A stretch of 64,000 nucleotides of DNA. Source: Octopus sinensis (Eukaryota). The notes under the pieces are model-generated. The model was not told the origin of the DNA, did not search any database, and worked only from the letters and a program-made list of their open reading frames with translations. The position numbers were made by a program, and so were the translations under genes. This document shows, in pieces, positions 13,700 through 25,779 of the stretch. The DNA is taken from assembly GCF_006345805.1 (NCBI RefSeq), contig NW_021833473.1:124001-188000 (forward strand), given 5' to 3'. Numbering within the stretch: the stretch's first letter is position 1; each line of letters begins with the position of its first letter.

Positions 13700-13870
13700 G
13701 CGATTATCACCCCTACACCGGAAAAAATCACTCACTACCTCCCCTTATTTAGAAATCTCCTGGAAATAAAAACAACGATAACTCCATTGCATATAAACAT
13801 AACCTCACAAGAAATTTGAAAAGCTACACGCGAAACCGGTAATTTCTTTAAAAATTTTTAAAATTTTTAA
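11625..13870 (-). mobile_element. Penelope-like retroelement (RT + GIY-YIG) with inverted duplication of its 3' end
   Basis: RT motifs LVSFDVVNLYTSIP, FYRQKSGVAMGTRAAPVIANL and ELPFLDILI. GIY-YIG motif NIIYVIKCSGCHQDYVGST. 11630-12177 is repeated inverted at ~13295-13860, the pLTR-type arrangement of Penelope elements. Confidence 0.92.
13809..13848 (+). ncRNA. Minimal type I hammerhead ribozyme, U3-A8 core variant
   Basis: aagaaat-TTGAAAA-gc-tacac-gc-GAAA-ccgg-TA-atttctt. Perfect 7-bp stem I, palindromic stem III (ACCGGU), GUA triplet. An inverted copy at 11647-11685 is one T shorter. Confidence 0.65.
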
Positions 13871-13889
13871 AATTTGATAATATATTATG

Positions 13890-14530
13890 TAATGATAGGA
13901 ATGGGATTTGCCCACTCTATAGGAACAAGTCATGGAACACTATAGAAAGGACAAAAAAGAAAATAGGGAAGGCCAACTCTTGGTATGATAGCCATAAATA
14001 CACCAGAGTGTCATGTTCGTTGACACCACCCCTGGAGGTGAACTAGCGTACCGCTTTAGAAGGACCCTAGATAAACTTAAACTAAGAATTAAGGTTGTTG
14101 AAAAGCCAGGCAACCTATCAGATCTATAATTGGTAGAAGCTATCCTTTTAGTAGAACTCTCTGTACGGATAACTATTGCACTGTATGTAGATTTAGCCCA
14201 AACCGAACTGTAAAGCCAGAAATGTGGTCTATAGTAAGAGATGTATAGAGGGACGATGCAGTAACAAGACAGTAACATACGTAGGGGAAACTGCAAGAAG
14301 CATTGGTGAGCGGGTGAATGAACATTGGAGACAACTCAAGGAAGGTAAAAGCTCATCGATTCTGTACCAACACGCCGAACAAGAACACGGGGGATCAATC
14401 AATAACATAGAGATTAAGATATTGTCCACACATAGAACAGATGCAACAATTAGACAAATTACAGAAGCTACAATATAATAGAAAATAAACCTAGCCTGAA
14501 TAGAAAACTAGAATGGAGCAATAGCGCACA
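13890..14530 (+). mobile_element. Second Penelope-like element 3' fragment (GIY-YIG)
   Basis: CIEGRCSNKTVTYVGETARSIGERVNEH...SILYQHAEQEH...RQITEA. Confidence 0.8.
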
Positions 14531-15306
14531 CCACAACATATGACAATAGTGGATCCTGCAAACATAATAAATACACAGGTAATTAAAGAAATAGAAATGA
14601 ATATCTATATATATGTATATGTGTTATATATGTATATGTATATGTGTATAATGTGTGTATATATGTATATATATATATGTATATGTATGTATGTATATAT
14701 ATATATGTATATGTATATTCTTTTTTTTTTTTTTCGATTAGATTTATTATTATTATTACTAATATTGTTGTTATACATACATACAAGCATATGTAATGAT
14801 AATAATGGGTGGATGTAAACACATGAACAAAATTAGAACAAAAGCAACAACAACAAAAACAAAATACAAATTACAAGAATGTATATAACCAGAAGATACA
14901 AATATACAGGCATCCCCCCCACACACACACTAAATAAACATAGACGCACATAGAGATATAAGCATGCGCAAATGAAGAATACAATAGAAATACAAAATGG
15001 CTGACGGTTAGTAAGGAGAGACACAAGTAAGTGAGAAGAAAACAAAGGACCACTGATGCGGTCACAGGAGTGTGACGAAAGAACTTTGACCGAAATAAGA
15101 TTAAGATTAATGTAAAAAATAAATATCACTGAAGCAAAATAACACCAAATATATAGTGCGTGTGTTTTTATTGGCTAAACTGGCATATGACCATTCCGAA
15201 ATATAACAATATATATATATATATATATATATATGAATATATATATATATAATATATATATGAATATATATAATATATAATATATATGAATATATATATA
15301 TATATA

Positions 15307-15367
<61 letters not shown>

Positions 15368-15817
15368 TGTACTCTTAGTTGAGGACCTGGATAACATCCT
15401 ATAGCTTCATCAGACACTCGAACATGGAGTGCAATTTGAGAAAAAAGAATTACATTTTTGCGTTATATACAGGAGACATTACTAGTGATAAAGTCATTAC
15501 TATTGCATATAAAAAAAGTTTATGTCCAAATTCTTATTAGATTTACGAGAAGAAAAAGTAGAAAAACAGAAAAATATATATAAAATATATATAAAATATA
15601 TATATAAAATAAGAGAGACAAGTGCGCACGTACTTGAAAAAACACCCGCACACACAGTCACATACACACAGCGCAGAGATGTGTAATATGTTTTTTCGTG
15701 TGTGTGTCTGTATGTGTATGTGTGTGTGTGTGTGTAAGTGTGCGTGTACGTGTGTGCTTATTCATGAGCATGTTGGTGCGAGTATATATCTATGGGTATG
15801 CTTATACGCCATATGTA

Positions 15818-17071
15818 CAGGGTGTCCCAAAAAAATGTATACACACTTTAGCAGCTGATAACTCATTTGATATTTTTTCTTTCCAGATGAAACCTATAGG
15901 ATTTAATGATGGCAGTCAGATTAAGCTTTGAACAAAGAAAATTCATTCTAAAATATATATATATACAGGGTGTCCCCCCAAAATGTATGCATACTTTAAC
16001 TGTTTTTGCACTTCAACTGCATTTTCACACTTCCAGTATCATTTTAGAATGAATTTTCTTTGTTCAAAGCTAATCTGACTGCCATCATTAAATCCATAGG
16101 TTTCATCTGGAAAGAAAAAATATCAAATGAGTTATCAGCTGCTAAAGTGTTTACATTTGTTTGGGACACCCTGTATATATATATATATTTTAGAATGAAT
16201 TTTCTTTGTTCAAAGCTTAATCTGACTGCCATCATTAAATCCTATAGGTTCATCTGGAAAGAAAAAAATATCAAATGAGTTATCAGCTGCTAAAGTGTGT
16301 ATACATTTGTTGGGACACCCTGTATATATATATATATTTTAGAATGAATTTTCTTTGTTCAAAGCTTAATCTGACTGCCATCATTAAATCCTATAGGTTT
16401 CATCTGGAAAGAAAAAATATCAAATGAGTTATCAGCTGCTAAAGGTGTATACATTTGTTTGGGACACCCTGTATATATATAATATTTTAGAATGAATTTT
16501 CTTTGTTCAAAGCTTAATCTGACTGCCATCATTAAATCCTATAGGTTTCATCTGGAAAGAAAAAATATCAAATGAGTTATCAGCTGCTAAAGTGTGTATA
16601 CATTTGTTTGGGACACCCTGTATATATATATATATTTTAGAATGAATTTTCTTTGTTCAAAGCTTAATCTGACTGCCATCATTAAATCCTATAGGTTTCA
16701 TCTGGAAAGAAAAAAATATCAAATGAGTTATCAGCTGCTAAAGTGTGTATACATTTGTTTGGGACACCCTGTATATATATATATATTTTAGAATGAATTT
16801 TCTTTGTTCAAAGCTTAATCTGACTGCCATCATTAAATCCTATAGGTTTCATCTGGAAAGAAAAAATATCAAATGAGTTATCAGCTGCTAAAGTGTGTAT
16901 ACATTTTTTTGGGACACCCTGTATATATATATATATTTTAGAATGAATTTTCTTTGTTCAAAGCTTAATCTGACTGCCATCATTAAATCCTATAGGTTTC
17001 ATCTGGAAAGAAAAAATATCAAATGAGTTATCAGCTGCTAAAGTGTGTATACATTTGTTTGGGACACCCTG
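15818..17071. repeat. Tandem array (~150-bp unit, 7 inverted-orientation copies plus 1 forward) derived from a Tc1/mariner-superfamily MITE
   Basis: Each unit begins TA-CAGGGTGTCCCAAA and includes a transposase-like start MMAVRLSFEQRKFILK. A complete two-TIR MITE spans ~15966-16172, and the units are separated by (TA)n. Confidence 0.85.
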
Positions 17072-17167
17072 TATATGTAATGTGTGTGGAAACATCTATA
17101 CATTTTCTGCTGTTGAATTTTATTAGATTGCCTTAAATATAAAGCCATTCTTATTTTTATCTTCTAT

Positions 17168-17392
17168 GCAAACTCAATGGTCAAAGATGGACGTATAGAA
17201 GACGCAAAGACAGCAAACAAGAGTGCTAAACTATTTATCAGAATATCAGTCATTGTTGGTATTATTTTGGGTGTTATTGGTACCGCAGGAGCAATTGCAG
17301 CTATTGTTATATCTGTAACTGCCGTTAGTACTATAGGAGGGGTTGTTAATAGTGCCAACAACATTTTAAGTTCTTCAAGTAATCGACATTAA
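17168..17392 (+). CDS. CD225/dispanin gene A, last coding exon (cytoplasmic loop and TM helix)
   Basis: ANSMVKDGRIEDAKTANKSAKLFIRISVIVGIILGVIGTAGAIAAIVISVTAVSTIGGVVNSANNILSSSSNRH*. The G-x-x-x-x-A...AK loop followed by a hydrophobic helix aligns with the last exons of genes B and C. The acceptor reads ttctat instead of ttctag. Confidence 0.8.
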   Translation, partial: ANSMVKDGRIEDAKTANKSAKLFIRISVIVGIILGVIGTAGAIAAIVISVTAVSTIGGVVNSANNILSSSSNRH

Positions 17393-17509
17393 ATGTGTGT
17401 TTTCTTTTCTTTGTATTCATCTTCAGTTATAATCGCGTAAAATATTCTTAGCAAAAAATGTTTATTTGTATTGAGAACTTCAATCGACAAATGATATATA
17501 TATATAATC

Positions 17510-17710
17510 ATTTACTTACTTGTTTCAGTCATTTGACTGCGGCCATGCTGGAGCACCGCCATTAGTCGTCGAGCAAATCGACCCCGGGACTTATTCTTTG
17601 TAAGCCAAGTACTTATTCTATCGGTCTCTTTTGCCGAACCGCTAAGTTACGGGGACGTAAACACACCAGAATCGGTTGTCAAACAATGCTAGGGGGACAA
17701 ACACAGACAC
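17510..17710 (-). mobile_element. SINE 3' part (abundant family in this window)
   Basis: Reverse complement matches 27085-27290 and 19680-19850 (ttacgtccccg...gagaccgatagaataagtac...gtgctccagcatggccgcagtcaaatgactgaaacaagtaa). Confidence 0.85.
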
Positions 17711-17880
17711 ACAAACATACACACACACACATACACACACACCACACACACATATATATATATATAATTAAAGTCACAATAAGGATGAAAAAATTGAATA
17801 TTAATTAATAACATCAATTCAAACACCAAGTGGCCTAGCGTATAAAAGACTGGGATACAGTAAAAATTATTAATACAAAG

Positions 17881-18392
17881 CAATAAGAGAGAGTCCACCA
17901 TGTGGTCACTCTAACGCTAGATATAGATCCGCAAAGGTAATCCGCCACTAAAGAATTGTTCTCAAGAATTAATCCAACACGCCAAGAATGTAAGCGAGCA
18001 GGACAAATGAAAAATAACGAAAAAATAGATTAACTCTATACAATTGTTTCATCGTTAATAGATTATGTAGTTTTACTTACATAAGTATTTTCGAATCGTC
18101 AGTAGAGTATATCAGAAATATAATTTGTCGAACCGAACGGCAAAATCCACACGAAGTCGAACAAAGACGATTATATTCGCAGTTACATTCAAATGCCCTC
18201 ATTCTGGCGCGTTAAATCCTCGGATGTAAATACTGCCCAAGTAATTTACTGCCCGTTATTTTTCATTTGTCCTGCTCGCTTACATTCTTGGCGTGCTGGA
18301 TTAATTCTTGAGAACAATTCTTTAGTGGCGGATTCCCTTTGCGGATCTATATCTAGCATTAGAGTGACCACATAGTGGACTCTCTCTTATTG
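17881..18392. mobile_element. Penelope-like non-autonomous element with ~137-bp inverted repeats
   Basis: 17881-18018 is the near-perfect reverse complement of 18254-18392 and encloses a hammerhead motif. Confidence 0.65.
18033..18108 (-). ncRNA. Type I hammerhead ribozyme-like motif
   Basis: actcta-CTGACGA-ttcg...cgat-GAAA-caattg-TA-tagagt. Perfect 6-bp stem I, palindromic stem III (ACAAUUGU), GUA triplet. Confidence 0.65.
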
Positions 18393-18395
18393 ATT

Positions 18396-18454
<59 letters not shown>

Positions 18455-18457
<3 letters not shown>

Positions 18458-18622
18458 TACGACAGGCTTCTTTCAGTTTCCGTCTACCAAATCTGCTCAC
18501 AAGACATTGGTCGGCCAGAGGCTATAGCAGAAGACACTTGCCCAAGATGCCACGCAGTGGGACTGAACCCGAAACCATGTAGTTGGTAAGCAAGCTACTT
18601 ACCACACAGCCACTCCTCCGCC
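18455..18622 (-). mobile_element. tRNA-derived SINE head
   Basis: Reverse complement of the head at 19398-19555 and 26878-27035 (gtggtaagtagcttgcttaccaac...ggttcagtcccactgcgtggca). Confidence 0.85.
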
Positions 18623-18879
18623 TATATCATAATAAAGAATATGATTTCAAATATTGAACAACGATATATTCTGATCGGCAAGAACCAATGAAGGAGTAAA
18701 ACTATGAGAGTGTGGAGATATTCCTGAACAACTTGTACCATTCCTTCCCTCCAATTTAAGCACCCAAGAAAGCCAAGGGTGGTGTTGTTGCATTTTGCTT
18801 TTACATGAATCTTCTTTATTATGTTTCGTTTTTGGATTTGGTTTGCAAGATTCTTTATGCGAGTTCGTGTGTTGAAGCA

Positions 18880-19142
18880 TATTCTGTTGTGTCTGGGAGA
18901 GTCATTTTCTTTTTGTGCCTTATAATGTAAGGTCTTGCAACCTTTTCAACAGTTTTGACTATTTCAATAGTTTTGACTTTTCAATAGTTTTGACTAATAG
19001 TCAAAACTATTGAAAAGGTTGCAAGACGCAACGAAAATTTTAGGAAAATAAAAATAAGAAAAATGTGGAGATTTTACCGGTGAATGTGTTACGTAATGAG
19101 GCACAAAAAGAAAATGACTCTCCCCAGACACAACGGAATATT
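18880..19142. repeat. Nested palindromic element
   Basis: Outer arms tctgttgtgtctgggagagtcattttctttttgtgcct / aggcacaaaaagaaaatgactctccccagacacaacgga. Inner arms gtcttgcaaccttttcaa / ttgaaaaggttgcaagac flank three ttcaa(c/t)agttttgact units. Confidence 0.7.
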
Positions 19143-19165
19143 CTTTATTATTATTATTATTATTA

Positions 19166-19225
<60 letters not shown>

Positions 19226-19397
19226 CTCAGGAACTATCAAAGTTTAAAACCATTTTATGAACATAATCGTTAGACAAAACAAAATTTTAAACTCTTTCGT
19301 AGATTTTCAATATGTTGCCTTAAAGCCAGTTATTTCTTTCACTGTTAACATTCAACTAACACAAACTAGACAATTGTTACACGAAAAATAAACAGTT

Positions 19398-19567
19398 AGG
19401 AGTGGATGTGTGGTAAGTAGCTTGCTTACCAACCACATGGTTCCGGGTTCAGTCCCACTGTGTGGCACCTTGGGCAAGTGTCTTCTACTATAGCCTCGGG
19501 CCAACCAAAGCTTTGTGAGTGGATTTGGTAGATTGAAACTGAAAGAAGCCCGTCGTATATATGTATA

Positions 19568-19653
<86 letters not shown>

Positions 19654-19852
19654 GTGTGTATATGTTTGTGTGTCTGTGTTTGTCCCCCTACATCGCTTGA
19701 CAACCGATGCTGGTGTGTTTACGTCCCCGTAAAAGAGACCGATAGAATAAGTACTAGGCTTACAAAGAATAAGTCCTGGGGTCGATTTGCTCGACCAAAG
19801 GCAGTGCTCCAGCATGGTCACAGTCACATGACTGAAACAAGTAAAAGAGTAA
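19398..19852 (+). mobile_element. Full-length tRNA-derived SINE with internal (TA)n/(TG)n
   Basis: A/B-box-like head, central ttgggcaagtgtctt and (aagagta)n tail. Other copies lie at 6420-6580, 26878-27295, 43010-43165 and 44230-44410. Confidence 0.85.
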
Positions 19853-20410
19853 AAGTGTAAAAGAGTTACATAAAGACATACCCAAATGTTGCAATACATG
19901 GCAATAATATATCTTAGATAATGGTAGACAGCATTGGCTGAAACTGAAAACTACATCAAAATATTGACCCCCAAATGTAAAGGAATATACTTTTTGCTTT
20001 CACCCATAAATATTTGGGTTAAATTGGTTTTAATATTTCATCTAATCATGTCACAGAATAGGAAGTGGAGTTCACAACAAATATCTGATTATTTACTCGT
20101 AGTCTTTTAATGATTTTATTTTCAATGTGTGTAGTGAACATTAACATATATGATTCGGAGGTAAAACAACATCTGAAAGTATTCTCCTCTCACAAAATAT
20201 TCTATATATTAACTAATGAATTTGATAACAAAATGATAGCGCATTAATATTTGAAAACACACCAGTAAATCAACTTCTATATTATATGTAATCAACGTTC
20301 AATGAAATAAAGAATTATTTTCTCTACCTAAAACTATGTTGTGGTTTTCTATAAGGTTAAGCAGATCGTAAGAACTATGATTTTGTTACATTTCGATCAT
20401 CATCATCATC

Positions 20411-20456
<46 letters not shown>

Positions 20457-20675
20457 GTCATCGTCGTCGTCGTCGTCATCGTCGTCGTCGTCGTCATCGT
20501 CGTCGTCGTCGTCGTCGTTATTATTATTAATATTATTATTATTCTATGTTTGACTTTTGCTTTACATTTGTACAAGTTGGCTCCAAGTCTCACCCAGAGA
20601 CCTCAAGAGACAACAAGTTGGAAGTTCATGTTGTTGTTATGCCTAGTGTGCCATATATTGTGCCATATAGTATTA

Positions 20676-20721
<46 letters not shown>

Positions 20722-20741
20722 TACTATTACTACTACGACTG

Positions 20742-20788
<47 letters not shown>

Positions 20789-20855
20789 GTTACTATTACT
20801 ATTACTATTTCTATTACTATTACTATTACTATTACTATTACTACTACTACGACTG

Positions 20856-20915
<60 letters not shown>

Positions 20916-20931
20916 TTATTATTATTATTAC

Positions 20932-20971
<40 letters not shown>

Positions 20972-21404
20972 GAGTGAGAGAGCAGTGCATGCCATCAAAG
21001 TGACACTGGGGTAAAATATACGAAGCCTAGTATACCTATCATGACTACCTGTCTGATAAGGGTACACTAGGCACATGCATCACAACCATATGTACGCGAC
21101 ATGGTGAGCTCATATCAAGATAAACAGCACATGACCTTGCAGGTGGGGCCCAGTTAGAATTTTCTTCTGGTCGAGTAGCCCATCTCACTGAAAAGGTCCA
21201 TGAATTAGAGTTGTTTAAGGATGTTGAATGAAACACCCATGTTTCCAGAGGCGAATTATCCAAACCCCAAAGAATCCCTCTCAACACATGGCTATGATGC
21301 TCCCCCACAACTTCTGCTCGTGATCAGAGATGTACTATCGTCAGCCTCTAAGGTCAACTCTTACGCTGGACATGTAGTACGGTGTCAGCTTTCCACTACC
21401 TATT

Positions 21405-21630
21405 TCTTTATTACCCACAAGGGGCTAAACATAGAGGGGACAAACAAGGACAGACATAGGTATTAAGTCGATAACATCGACCCCAGTGCGTAACTGGTAC
21501 TTAATTTATCGACCCCGAAAGGATGAAAGGCAAAGTCGACCTCGGCGGAATTTGAACTCAGAACGTAACGACAGACGAAATACCGCTAAGCATTTCGTCC
21601 GGCGTGCTAACGTTTCTACCAGCTTTCCAC
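21405..21630 (-). mobile_element. SINE of a second family
   Basis: Near-identical copy at 52560-52786 (ggtacttaatttatcgaccccgaaaggatgaaaggcaaagtcgacctcggcggaatttgaactc). Degenerate copies at ~28360-28530 and 54670-54810. Confidence 0.8.
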
Positions 21631-21649
21631 TACCGGCGAACTAAGGTAA

Positions 21650-22160
21650 CACCTCCTATTTTTCGAGCACCTTACGGAGTATTCGAGCGGTTCCAAGCAT
21701 TGCTGTTTTCTGCAAGTGCTCCGCCCTTATTGCAGCCCCTATGTGTTCCATGTGCATCTCGAGATTTTTACTCACTGTTCCCAGGGCTCCGACAATTATT
21801 GGTACTATTACCACCTTTTTCATCGACCACAACTTTTTAACCGCCCAAGCTAACCTGTCATGCCTATCGATATTTCTTTCTTTCTTATCGCATACCTTGT
21901 TGTCAGCTGGACATGTTATATCTATGATCAAGCACAGTTTGCTTTCTTTCTCAATTAACACTATGTCTGGCATCCTATTCTCTATCTCATGGTCGCACTG
22001 AATCATAAAATCCCATAGGATCTTTGCATTGTCATTTTCGGAGATGCCTTCGGGTTTGTGGTCGTAAACAATTTTTTCCTCTGTCAAGTCAATACTTTTT
22101 GCAAAGTGTCCAATGGACAAGCCTTGCTATATTGTGGTGGCGTCTCTTATATTCCTTTCG
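21650..22160 (-). mobile_element. R4/Dong-like LINE 3' end (restriction-like endonuclease)
   Basis: NAKILWDFMIQCDHEIENRMPDIVLIEKESKLCLIIDITCPAD...VPIIVGALG...LQKTAMLGTARILRKVL, adjacent to a (TAT)n tract. Confidence 0.85.
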
Positions 22161-22479
22161 GGTTAATTATTATTGTTATTATTATTATCATTATTATCAT
22201 TGTTATTATTGTTATTATTATCATTATTATTCAGTAGTTTCTCGTAAGTTTGGGATGGATGAAAGACTTATGGGAGACCCAGTGTTTGCTACACGTAAAT
22301 GAACTAACGACCGTCACTGTTTCTTTTCTTTTTCGTTCTTTTGGTATATTCTCTATGCATGTATGTATGTATGTATTTATGTATGTATTATGTATGTATC
22401 TATATATGTACCAGAAATATTCTGCAATCACTAGATGTCACCACTCACTAGAATATTACCCATGTGAGAAAAAGATCTA

Positions 22480-23820
22480 ATCAATCACGACTTTGCTTTG
22501 AACTGGCTCTGGCTACGATCCCATCTTTTACCGCTCTTTATCTCTGAGCCTGAGCATTAGTATAATTCGGCACACCTTAGCTACTTAGACAGAGAGGTTT
22601 GGCATGCAACAAAAGCAGGAGACTATACGTCAGACGGACGGTGACAGGCACATCTTTTGCATTTCAATTTCCAGGTCCTTATACTTAATTTATCAAATTC
22701 CTTAACAGATATATTTTTATCAGTGGAAACGCTTACATCTATTAGTCTACCATCTCTTTAATGACTATGTTTGGTCAATTATCCTGTATCTTTCTGTCGG
22801 TTTTGACTGGAAAATCCCAGAGGATAGTGACATTTTTACTTTTAACTACTGGCTCGGGCTGATGTCCATACCAGTAAGCAGGAGTGCTGATTTTTTAGTG
22901 TTTCCATATTTTCCCATATGAATACTGTCCTATTCTATTGTGGCGACGTTTTTATTCGTTTGATGACAGCACAGGACACCCCGAGACGAGATGGTCTACT
23001 GTTTCACCAAATTTATCAAAGAATCTGTATTTAGGATCAGAACCATTTTGAAGAGCATTAGCCTGGTAGTGTTTGGTAAGCAAGCTTTGGTTTTGTGCCG
23101 CTAATATGAAACCTCCAGTCTTTAATTTCAGTCCTGAGCTTCTCAGCCACAGATGGGTTGTTGCTTAGTCATCATCAGCATTTAGACTACGAAGTATTTA
23201 CTGTCCATTCAAAGGCTTCTGGCTCCACTGGTCCTCAATTTGTTTCTGCCCGTTCACTTTTGCACTCTGTTTGATCCGTTTTGCTTGTTTGCTGGCAGTG
23301 GTCTCAGGTTTTTCATCTAATTCGAGGTTAATACCAATTTCCCTGGCCAATTTGCAAACTTCCTTGACAATAGAAAGTGATTTTTTGCTGCTTTCGTGTT
23401 TTCACACGAATCGTAGCGTCCAGTACTCTGTACTAGATAAGTACCCGTTCATTTCTATTGTGGAGGTCTTATAACAAATTTCTACTTGCATCATTCTTCT
23501 TCCCCCATTACTTCTAGGTAAGTACAGACGATCAACGTCTGCTTTTAGGTGGTGCATGTTCTTAGATGATAGTATTTTTCTTGTCTTCCTGTCCAGGCGT
23601 TAGAATTCTGTCAGATTCCAGTTAATGATGTTAAAACTGTATGGGACTACTGGAAGTGCCAGGGTGTTAATGGCTTCGATGCGATTTTTGGAGTTGAGTT
23701 CAGGTTTTAGTATGAGTCTTATTCTCCTGTAATACTCCTTTCTTATTTTTTCCTTCTTAGTAACATGTTGAATTCGATCTCCTTCGTTTATCCCCAAGTA
23801 TTTATAGCTTTCTTGTGGGT
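22480..23820 (-). mobile_element. R4/Dong-like LINE fragment (RT C-terminal part to RLE), decayed
   Basis: YKYLGINEGDRIQH...KEYYRRIRLILKPELNSKNRIEAINTLALPVVPYSFNIINW. Confidence 0.8.
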
Positions 23821-25779
23821 CAAGAATTCCTCTCAACACATGGCTATGATGCTCCCCCACTACCACTGCTCGTGATCAGAGATGCACATATTGTCTGCAA
23901 CGAAGGAGCATGCTGAGCTGGTTATGGTCAAGCAACTGACAAGCAAATCTGTGGTATTGAGCAGAATATTTACTGTAGCTCATCTCTTATACTAAGACAA
24001 AGCATGTACATCATAAGACTTCCAATCAGTTAAGATCAGAAGCGATGAGAACCACTGTCTGGTACTGCATCAAGGCATTATTATTTTGCATGTCGGGTAA
24101 AATGCTTAGCAGCATTTCGTCCTTATTTACGTTTTGAGTTTAAATTCACCGATCATCGACTTAGCCTGTCTTCTTTTCGGGGTCGATATACTAAGTACCA
24201 GTGAAAAACTAGTTTCCCTCCTCACAAACTTCAGGCCTTGTGCCTTTAATAGAAAGAATTATTATTATTACTATATGTTTGGCTCTTGCTTTGCTTTTGT
24301 ACAAGTTGACACCAAGTCTCACCCAGAAACCTTGAGAGACAAGTTTGAAGTTCAAGCTGGCACTATAAATAGGGTGCCAAAATTTTGGTTTTGCATAGAG
24401 TATTGTTGTAGAAAATGTCTGTCAAAACATGAGATTATAAGATGACAGTGTGGTCTTAAGATGACAGTAAAATGTGTTTGCTAATTAGAGCGTCGGGCTC
24501 ATAATCTTGAGGTAGTGAGTTTGGTTCCTGGACTGGACTGTGTGTTGTGTTCTTGAGCAAGACACTTTATTTCACGTTGCTTCAATATACTCAGCTATAG
24601 AAATAAGTTACGACGTCACTGGTGCCAAGATAAATAGGCCATCGCCTTTCCGTTGGATGACATCAGTGGCGTGGAGAGTGGGAGGCTTGTATGCATGGGC
24701 GACTGCTAGTCTTCCATAAAACAACCCAACCCGGAGATGCATCTTGGAGGGGAACTATCTCGGTGCAATCCCATGTTCCTTCATGACCGAAGGAGCTCTT
24801 TACCTTCTTTACATTCAAGTGTACTTTGACAATGGTTACAGATTAAAATGTTTTCGGGACTACATAGATAATATTTTTCGTAGGATATGAGCAGTTTCTA
24901 TGTGCACTATTTTTTGAGTTTCTTCCTTTTTTAGATTTCCTGGTATCTAGGATAGGTAGCAATCATTCCCATTTGCTATTATTCCTAGGGCACCTATGAC
25001 AACAGCCATTGTTCTAGTCCTGAGGTTCCACATTTTGCCAATTTTTCTTTTTATATTTGCTCAGTTTTTGGTAGGTCTTGACAGATACATTTATGTTGAT
25101 TGGGATATTGCTGTAAGAGACCGAAAGAATAAAACTTGTTATTGTTTGACATGTGTATCCCCTGTGGTCATAATATTACGGCAAAAGAATTTGACAAGCT
25201 CAGAAAATATAAGGATTTGCTCACTGAAATCGAAACAAATGTGACATTTCAAAGCGGTTACAATACTAGTGATTACAGTAGCAGTAGGAATGATCAAACA
25301 AGGAAGCGAAAATTATTGGAGAATGTTACCTAGCTTACCACACCTGCTAGAAATGTAAAGTACGTCACACGTATTGAGAAGGACATTTTCGTTGTGTGAA
25401 CGACAACCTCCCATGTACATTTTTTTCTACATAGCTTCATTTGATTTTGTAAATGAACAATATGGTGTGTTTATTTTAATGGCTTCTCAATGTAGACGGT
25501 ATGCCCTAGGCGTCAGAAAGATAGTCGGCAATAAATGGAAACAAAGTTGGAAGAAGAAGGAAAGATAATAATAATTTTAATAAAGGTACAAGTTTTACTC
25601 AAAATCCTGACCTCATATGAAACCACAACATAATTCTTTGTAAAGAAAATAATGTTTTATTTCATTAAATCTTAATTACATATAGTATAGAAGTTGATTT
25701 ATTGATGTGTTTACAAAAGTTAAACCGTTATTATTTCGTTAAAAAAAGGAATTAGTTGAAATACAAAATACATTCATAG

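Noticed and set aside
16043-17071. Regular repeat array resembling CRISPR
   Set aside because: Units are ~150-bp identical copies with no unique spacers, carry mariner-type TIRs, and sit in a eukaryotic context with no cas genes.
19398-19470. tRNA-like A/B boxes (also ~24480-24540, 26878-26945 and 27685-27757)
   Set aside because: These are heads of tRNA-derived SINEs continuing into SINE bodies. No complete cloverleaf.
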